Part shown: piece after piece, positions 58,338 through 64,000 of the stretch
Numbering within the stretch: the first letter of the stretch is position 1
How the letters are laid out: the number at the start of each line of letters is the position of its first letter
Virus record (IMG/VR): IMGVR_UViG_3300020180_000013
Location: 1-64,000 of that record
Direction: 5' to 3' (one strand)
Length of the DNA: 64,000 bases
Origin: a virus
The notes under the pieces: model-generated
Told to the model about the DNA's origin: nothing
The model's input: only the letters and a program-made list of their open reading frames with translations
The model's database searches: none
Made by a program: the position numbers and the translations under genes

Positions 58338-59027
58338 TTATGTTCTTATAGTACCTTGTTTATCATCTGTATTAGGTTCAGAAGGTATTTGCATTACTCC
58401 AAATAGATCTTTTATTACAGCCTGCTCTATTTCTGCAAAGAGGAAATCCGGAATTGGAGTGACCTGATCTTGTCTTTGAGTACATGCTGAATCTCCTGAT
58501 CCATCAGCACATGTGAAAGTTACTAGATCATTTTCAAATATACCATCTACCATTACCGACTCCCAGTCTAAATTTGGAAAATATAAATACTCATTTATAT
58601 ACCAATAGTATTGTCTCTTGTTATACTTAAAGGTCGATGTCTTAGTCATTGAAGTATAAGTAGAAGGAGCTGTAGGAAATACTTCTTCCGATCCATCTAT
58701 AGAACTGATTGTTCTAAATAGTGGCCCAAATCTAGCTTCCATTATTCCTGGAACTTTCTCTTTACTTCTCTTAAATAAACAATCAGATGTCACTCCTCCA
58801 CAACAAGCTTCTATTCTATCTATTTCTATTAATTCCATACATGGAATAGTCCTGAATAGAGTACTGAATTTTATGAGTTGGTTCCTGCCTTCTTCTCTTT
58901 TAATATATAATTTAGCCCATTTAATTATAAGACTATATATAAATCTATCTGTAAGAAAGGAATCTTCTTTTACAGCCTTAACTGAGTTTCTTACCCGGGA
59001 TGTAGTAGCTCCTATTGTTGTTGCCAT
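58338..59027 (-). CDS. Tail ring protein
   Basis: LTDRFIYS...IPCMEL...YYWYINEYLY...GIFE...PIPD; position in the tail block. Confidence 0.7.
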   Translation of the reverse strand: MATTIGATTSRVRNSVKAVKEDSFLTDRFIYSLIIKWAKLYIKREEGRNQLIKFSTLFRTIPCMELIEIDRIEACCGGVTSDCLFKRSKEKVPGIMEARFGPLFRTISSIDGSEEVFPTAPSTYTSMTKTSTFKYNKRQYYWYINEYLYFPNLDWESVMVDGIFENDLVTFTCADGSGDSACTQRQDQVTPIPDFLFAEIEQAVIKDLFGVMQIPSEPNTDDKQGTIRT

Positions 59028-59618
59028 TTAATCAAAATTAAATTCATCATAATTAGTAAGATCAATTTCCTTAACTGGAATTACAAAATCTATATAAGGC
59101 TTGTTAGAAAAAAGTCTGGATGCTTTAACTCCACTTGCAAGATGAACAAATTTCTTGTAGTCTTTTCTAAACTCTTTTGAGCCTGCTCTCTTGAACTGTC
59201 TTACTGCAAAGAAGGACCAGAGTTCTCTATTTCTAAATTTGTATTTGGTTCCATAATTAGTATATATAATTTTTGCTAAATGATTATCACACTCCCAGTT
59301 CTTATGAAGAACTTTATGGCCGGCTTCTTCTGATCTTTTATAATCAATAACTTCTCTCTTGCTTGGATTACATCCTACTATAATAATATTTCCTAATCCT
59401 TCTCTTAATTTTACTCCATCTCTTAGTTCAACTATACTTTTCCAAATATTTTCATTATCCTTTTTTATAACTTTATTAAATATTTTATAATCTACATCTA
59501 TATACTGAGGATACTTTTCAGTAAATTGTTTAAATAACTCTTTAGATAATGAGTAGATATGTTTGTCTCTGAATCTGGGACCTTTAATATTTGGTTTTTT
59601 AACTACTGTAGAAGTCAT
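59028..59618 (-). CDS. IHF/HU-like DNA-binding protein
   Basis: Basic protein with IWKSIVELRDGVKLREGLGNIIIV; an IHF-like gene precedes the tail genes in crAss-like phages. Confidence 0.6.
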   Translation of the reverse strand: MTSTVVKKPNIKGPRFRDKHIYSLSKELFKQFTEKYPQYIDVDYKIFNKVIKKDNENIWKSIVELRDGVKLREGLGNIIIVGCNPSKREVIDYKRSEEAGHKVLHKNWECDNHLAKIIYTNYGTKYKFRNRELWSFFAVRQFKRAGSKEFRKDYKKFVHLASGVKASRLFSNKPYIDFVIPVKEIDLTNYDEFNFD

Positions 59619-59683
59619 GGATAGTTATAATTTACGAAAATTATCTGATATTAAAAAGTTTTACTAAGTTAATAAATAATATG

Positions 59684-59720
59684 AAAGAGAAAACCCCGAT
59701 TTTCACCGGGGTCTCTCTTT
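59684..59720. terminator. Intrinsic terminator, mainly for the - strand
   Basis: aaagagaaaaccccg-attttcac-cggggtctctcttt inverted repeat. Confidence 0.65.
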
Positions 59721-59757
59721 GAAAAAGCTACTGACTAAACCAACAAGTAGCAACTTT

Positions 59758-60282
59758 TTAAGCCAATGTCTCAACTAATAATGTCACTGAATAACAATTA
59801 CCTACAGTACATGTAGCATTAACTCTTATATGATATTCTTCATTTGGTATAAGTCCGGTAATAGTATCTGTGGTAGCTGTTGGACCAAGTAAAGGTCTTA
59901 ATATCCATACACCACTAGATGCTAGTTTGTACTCAACTTGATAGGTTAATACATCTGTTACTAAAGCCCACCCTGGAGTAATGCTAGTATTTGTGATAGA
60001 TATAATAGAAAGGGTATTCACAGAAGCACATGTTCCACCTGTAACACATCCCGGGTTAGTAGCCAATAGTATAAGTTTTTGAATAATAGAATTGAGTCTG
60101 TCTCCGGTATTAATAGGAACATCTACAATACTAGGGCCTGAGTATATGACACAATTAGCATCAAAGAATTCAGAACAAGGTTCAGGATTAGGACAGCTTG
60201 CATCTCCTGGACAAGGAAATGTAGGAACTGTAGTAAAAGCCTGATCTTTACAGCCACATGGGGCTTTATGTCCACAATTCAT
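59758..60282 (-). CDS. Cys-rich structural protein with a C-terminal fibronectin type III domain
   Basis: CVIYSGP module; ITNTSITPGW...YQVEYK...ITGLIPNEEYHIRV. Confidence 0.75.
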   Translation of the reverse strand: MNCGHKAPCGCKDQAFTTVPTFPCPGDASCPNPEPCSEFFDANCVIYSGPSIVDVPINTGDRLNSIIQKLILLATNPGCVTGGTCASVNTLSIISITNTSITPGWALVTDVLTYQVEYKLASSGVWILRPLLGPTATTDTITGLIPNEEYHIRVNATCTVGNCYSVTLLVETLA

Positions 60283-60309
60283 AGTTATATATTTTAATAT
60301 TAATTTTTA

Positions 60310-60510
60310 TTATATAGATATGTCTTTTGTATACAAAGTTTCTATATCTACATTGACAATTATTCCAGTTAATACATCTAATAAAGCTAATTCATTTTCT
60401 ACTCCCTCAATTGATGTTGCAAAATATGGAGTATCATAGTCTACTAATTCCTCGTTTTGTTTCTTCCATATTTTATCAAGAATATCCTGATTTTGTTTAG
60501 TATAAGTCAT
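60310..60510 (-). CDS. Hypothetical protein, possibly the -1 frame continuation of 60525..60713
   Basis: Its frame is open upstream through the T TTA AAT heptamer of the preceding ORF. Confidence 0.5.
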   Translation of the reverse strand: MTYTKQNQDILDKIWKKQNEELVDYDTPYFATSIEGVENELALLDVLTGIIVNVDIETLYTKDISI

Positions 60511-60524
60511 TACTCCTTTATCTG

Positions 60525-60713
60525 TTAATTTAAAGAAACTCTTGCTACTGCATCAGTAAAAACTTTATTACCTGGAGTTGATACAAAATTTGCTATATCC
60601 TGTAAAGTAGATCGTTTAGCTGTAGTTGTCCCAAAAGGGACTATAGGAAAAATATCTCCTCCTGAAAGAGGAGGAGCTGGATCAAATTGATCTACTCTTT
60701 TATTTATTGCCAT
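60525..60713 (-). CDS. Fibre anchor-module-only protein (62 aa)
   Basis: MAINKRVDQF...DIFPIV...TLQDI, shared with the two upstream genes. Confidence 0.65.
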   Translation of the reverse strand: MAINKRVDQFDPAPPLSGGDIFPIVPFGTTTAKRSTLQDIANFVSTPGNKVFTDAVARVSLN

Positions 60714-60715
60714 GA

Positions 60716-61258
60716 TTATACAGGAATTATTTTATATTTTAAATAAATTAATATATCACTATTTCCTGCTGTAGGATTTCCAGTAAAGACATATGCTTGA
60801 ACTTTTTTATTTTCTTCAAGCTGTGCTGGATTAGAATGAGCTGCAGCCATACTAACACCAAAAGATGGTATCCAGATACAAGTTCCTGCATTTGCTAATC
60901 TCTCAGTAAATCCATTTATTACAGTTAAACTAGTATCATATACTAATCCTAAAGTTGTATTTGTTGCGTATGGAGTTCCTCCATAAGTTCTTATCTTAAA
61001 GATAGCTACTGTAACTAAATTAGCAAAACCAATTCCAGGACTTGGAATTAAGTCTATAGGAGTTGAATTTAAAGTAAGAACATCTGCAGAAAGGATAGTA
61101 GTCTCTACTGTAAACTCATCATTTACTGCATCTTTGATGTCTTGTAAAGTAGTTTGTAAAGCAGCAGTTCCAGCTCCTTGAACTATAGGAAGAATATCTG
61201 TTAGAGCAAGTGGTGTGGTTGCTAATCCAAATTGGTCTACTCTTTTGTCTACTGCCAT
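60716..61258 (-). CDS. Fibre-associated protein: anchor module plus a beta-rich domain
   Basis: MAVDKRVDQF N-terminus. Confidence 0.7.
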   Translation of the reverse strand: MAVDKRVDQFGLATTPLALTDILPIVQGAGTAALQTTLQDIKDAVNDEFTVETTILSADVLTLNSTPIDLIPSPGIGFANLVTVAIFKIRTYGGTPYATNTTLGLVYDTSLTVINGFTERLANAGTCIWIPSFGVSMAAAHSNPAQLEENKKVQAYVFTGNPTAGNSDILIYLKYKIIPV

Positions 61259-61325
61259 GATTGATTTAGTTTTATAATTATGATTGATTTAGTTTTATAA
61301 TTATGATTGATTTAGTTTTATAATT
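61257..61325. repeat. Three exact tandem copies of a 23-bp unit
   Basis: atgattgatttagttttataatt at 61257, 61280 and 61303. Confidence 0.95.
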
Positions 61326-62688
61326 ATACTACTGCTGCATCTACTACAAGAGTTCCTACTAATATAGTAGTATTTCCATTGATAGCCAAGTTAGCTACAG
61401 ATGTTCCATATACATGGACATTTTCAGCTGTAACACTATTTATAGAATTAGCTCCTGCTCCTGCAATAAGAGTGGTAGAGTTTAATATTAAAGTTGAAGC
61501 AAAATCTTTTCTAATTGCTTCTGTTGCTGCAGCTGGTGTTATAACTCTACAAGAGTTTAGTATTAGTACTCCACTACCAAAATTAATAACTGGTACAAAT
61601 AGTGTACTTGTTATAGTTCCTCCATTGACAATTATTTGTCCTCCTACAGCTGCTCCACTATTATTTACAGCAACTGCTCCTGCAGCACTACTACTTATAT
61701 CTCCATTAAATACACATCTTCCTGTAGATCCTAATTGATAACCATGTGCTGAAGCATTTGATCCTGATGTAGTATTTCCATTAACTGTAAGATTTCCGTA
61801 ACCTGTTGTAGTACCACATATACCAAGTGTATTTGTACTATTTCCATTAAGAATGGTTGATCCTGCAGAGATCACTATATTGGCAGCATTACTAGATGCA
61901 TTGATATTACCATTCATAGTTATAGTTCCTCCGGTATTGGTAATTGCTTGACCTGCTGAATTTGTGATATTTCCATTTAAAGTAGCAGTTCCTGCAGATA
62001 TTAAAATACCTCCACTAGTACTAACTATATTTCCATTGGAAACTAGTATACCTGCTTGTACTTGTATAGGTGTTCCATTAGTAGTATTTACAGTACCGTA
62101 AGTTGTTAGTGTACCGTTAGTAAGAAGAATAGTATTAAGAAGGTTGGAATTAAAATTATTAGCATATACTGTAACTACACTTCCTGCATTCTGAAGTCTA
62201 ATAGCATGGCCATTTGTTCCTGCTGTAGTTCTTTGTATAGTGTGGGCATTATATATAACACTATTACAAGCTATATTATTATCATCAATAGCAGCTAGTA
62301 CTCCTGCTGCCAGATCTATAGATCCTCCATTGAGGTCCCAATCAATAAAATTACCTAGAACTATGCCTTCTGCAGAATTAAAGTTTTTTACACTAATACT
62401 TATCCTTTTGGTAGCACTAGGAGTTAATGCTGCTGCTGCAATTGAAGCTGCTGCTTTGGTTAAAAAAGGCAAATCTGCCCTTTCAGCCAGACCAGTACTA
62501 TCTGATCCAAAACTTTCATCTACAAATACAGTATTTGAAACAGGTAATTGTAATGCTCCATCTCTTATATCTGCAAGAGTACATTGTAAAGCAGCAGTAC
62601 CTGGTCCTTGAACTACAGGGAAAATATCTGTTAAAGCTAGTGGTACTACAGCTAAGTTAAATTGATCGACTCTTTTATCTACTGCCAT
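61324..62688 (-). CDS. Tail fibre/spike with anchor module and right-handed beta-helix-like body
   Basis: VFVDESFGSDSTG...PFLTKAAA cap motif; repeated TLNGNI-type Gly/Asn/Thr rungs. Confidence 0.72.
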   Translation of the reverse strand: MAVDKRVDQFNLAVVPLALTDIFPVVQGPGTAALQCTLADIRDGALQLPVSNTVFVDESFGSDSTGLAERADLPFLTKAAASIAAAALTPSATKRISISVKNFNSAEGIVLGNFIDWDLNGGSIDLAAGVLAAIDDNNIACNSVIYNAHTIQRTTAGTNGHAIRLQNAGSVVTVYANNFNSNLLNTILLTNGTLTTYGTVNTTNGTPIQVQAGILVSNGNIVSTSGGILISAGTATLNGNITNSAGQAITNTGGTITMNGNINASSNAANIVISAGSTILNGNSTNTLGICGTTTGYGNLTVNGNTTSGSNASAHGYQLGSTGRCVFNGDISSSAAGAVAVNNSGAAVGGQIIVNGGTITSTLFVPVINFGSGVLILNSCRVITPAAATEAIRKDFASTLILNSTTLIAGAGANSINSVTAENVHVYGTSVANLAINGNTTILVGTLVVDAAVV

Positions 62689-62708
62689 TTTATTTAGTTT
62701 TTAAATTA

Positions 62709-63998
62709 TTATCCTAAAAGCCATTTTGATCCATCAAGTTGTAAGAAGTATCCTCTGGCCGGGTCTCCTGCTGTACCTGTCCATAACCAGAATGATCCCG
62801 GTAATGTAGATACTGTTCCAAAAGGACAGAAGATATCAACTCCATCTACAGTCACTACTGCTCTTATTTTATATGTAGTTCCTGAAGTCACACCTGCACC
62901 ACTAAATGTTCCACCTACTGGGCCTATTGCAGGATTAATGAAGTTCATAGAAGTTACCAAAGTAACTCCTGCTGCATCATACAACTGAATAGTATATGTT
63001 ATAGGTGTTCCTACTATATTATTAAATGTGAATGGAATGGTTGTCTCAGTAGGAGTAGTAGTTATAGTAGGACAAGCTGTAGTATTAACTATAGTATAAT
63101 TAATCTCTCTCTCACAGGTTGTATTAGTTGAAGGATTAGTCCAGCATCCAAATAGCTCAAGATTGAAATTACAAGCAAGGCTTAAAGGTGTTGCAGAAAT
63201 ATCTATTGAGTATCCTGGTATGTTATTAACATATGTTAATACCGGTATATTAGTAATTAACTGTGTTCCAAAACAATCTGTAATTATTAACTCATTTCCT
63301 GCAGAGAAGCAATCTATAAATCCTGCAGGTACTGAGCCGGTAAAGAATAGTGTAATTATTGTACCTGAGAAAGTAGCTGTCATATTAATTACTAAAGCCT
63401 CACATCCTGTAGGACAACATGTTTCTTGAATATTTTTAACTGCAGCTCTTAAATCACATATAGTGATCCACATGTTATTGATTGAGTCTGCTAGATCATT
63501 ATAATTTACTTGAGTGATCCATCCTGAGAGACTACCCATATTTACTCCAGGAAGTCCTAGTGACTGCTCTAGATCTAGACCGGCACATTGTTTCTGTATA
63601 GATAGAAATATATCATTAGGTGTTCCTGTTGCCGATCTGAGCTCGCAGAACTGTTGTTCTAAAGCTGCAACTATTGTAGATATTGGTACTGGATCAGAAG
63701 GTGGTGGAGTGATTACACAAACCGGAAACATTGTTACTTCTGGTTGTGGAACATCACTGCAGCAGTTTAATTCGATATAAGTTAACCTTGCTTCATGATT
63801 AGCAAGAGTCTGTTGTATAGTAGTAATAGTCTGTAGTATAGTGCAGATCTTATTTCCAATTGCAGTAACATAGTCTGTTAACTGCATTGTAGTGATCTGG
63901 TCTCCTAATTGATTTATAAAATAGAAACAAGGAGCAATATTAACTACACAATCAGGACATCCTGTAGGTGTAGGAGGAGCTTCTCCATTACAGCACTG
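62709..63998 (-). CDS. Cys-rich structural protein with coiled-coil and FN3/Ig-like domains; 5' end lies beyond the window
   Basis: The frame is open from 63998 (QCCNGEAPPTPTGCPDCVVNIAPCFYF...) through the ATG at 63887; C-terminal TTYKIRA FN3-like strand. Confidence 0.7.
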   Translation of the reverse strand, partial: QCCNGEAPPTPTGCPDCVVNIAPCFYFINQLGDQITTMQLTDYVTAIGNKICTILQTITTIQQTLANHEARLTYIELNCCSDVPQPEVTMFPVCVITPPPSDPVPISTIVAALEQQFCELRSATGTPNDIFLSIQKQCAGLDLEQSLGLPGVNMGSLSGWITQVNYNDLADSINNMWITICDLRAAVKNIQETCCPTGCEALVINMTATFSGTIITLFFTGSVPAGFIDCFSAGNELIITDCFGTQLITNIPVLTYVNNIPGYSIDISATPLSLACNFNLELFGCWTNPSTNTTCEREINYTIVNTTACPTITTTPTETTIPFTFNNIVGTPITYTIQLYDAAGVTLVTSMNFINPAIGPVGGTFSGAGVTSGTTYKIRAVVTVDGVDIFCPFGTVSTLPGSFWLWTGTAGDPARGYFLQLDGSKWLLG

Positions 63999-64000
63999 TT

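Noticed and set aside
61257-61325. CRISPR-like mini array
   Set aside because: The 23-bp units are directly adjacent with no spacers.
25685-63780. Short ORFs antisense or out of frame within large virion genes (e.g. 31131..31553, 61379..61738, 62240..62611, 63163..63429)
   Set aside because: They are shadows of the coding strand's codon bias, fully nested and without recognisable motifs.
1-64000. Stop-codon reassignment (TAG or TGA), known in some crAss-like phages
   Set aside because: Genes of up to 3311 codons are intact in the standard code, and TAG and TGA terminate tightly coupled genes. The two split genes are explained by introns.
1-64000. tRNA or rRNA genes
   Set aside because: No cloverleaf or T-loop signatures were seen in the short intergenic gaps; a tRNAscan run would confirm.
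59758-64000. A second DGR variable region in the fibre genes
   Set aside because: No segment matching the TR at non-adenine positions was seen by eye; an A-masked search is needed to exclude it fully.

Overview
AT-rich fragment of a crAss-like (Crassvirales-type) phage genome, probably infecting Bacteroidota, read in the standard genetic code. The + strand (1-23.6 kb) carries the early/replication block: UDG, a DnaA-domain-IV protein, DnaB helicase, primase, RuvC-like resolvase, a VWA/HExxH protein plus MoxR-type ATPase, a PD-(D/E)xK nuclease, family B DNA polymerase and a DUF932-like protein. The ATPase and polB genes are each split by a group I intron, carrying a GIY-YIG and a LAGLIDADG endonuclease respectively; splice sites can be read from the sequence. 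The - strand (23.6-64 kb) carries the virion block: giant ejected cargo proteins including a 3311-aa virion RNA polymerase, the muzzle/tail-stabilisation protein, ring proteins, an IHF-like protein and modular fibre genes. Top observations: (1) three consecutive giant cargo proteins contain only four cysteines in 6855 aa, all at facing termini, suggesting a head-to-tail disulfide-linked ejection chain; (2) a DGR VR/TR pair with 17 of 18 mismatches at TR adenines and no reverse transcriptase anywhere downstream; (3) CG dinucleotides are strongly depleted except inside CCGG; (4) three paralogues surround the MoxR/VWA pair; (5) fibre genes share an N-terminal anchor module, with a triplicated spacer and a possible -1 frameshift. 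All counts were made by eye and all family assignments come from motif recognition, not database searches.
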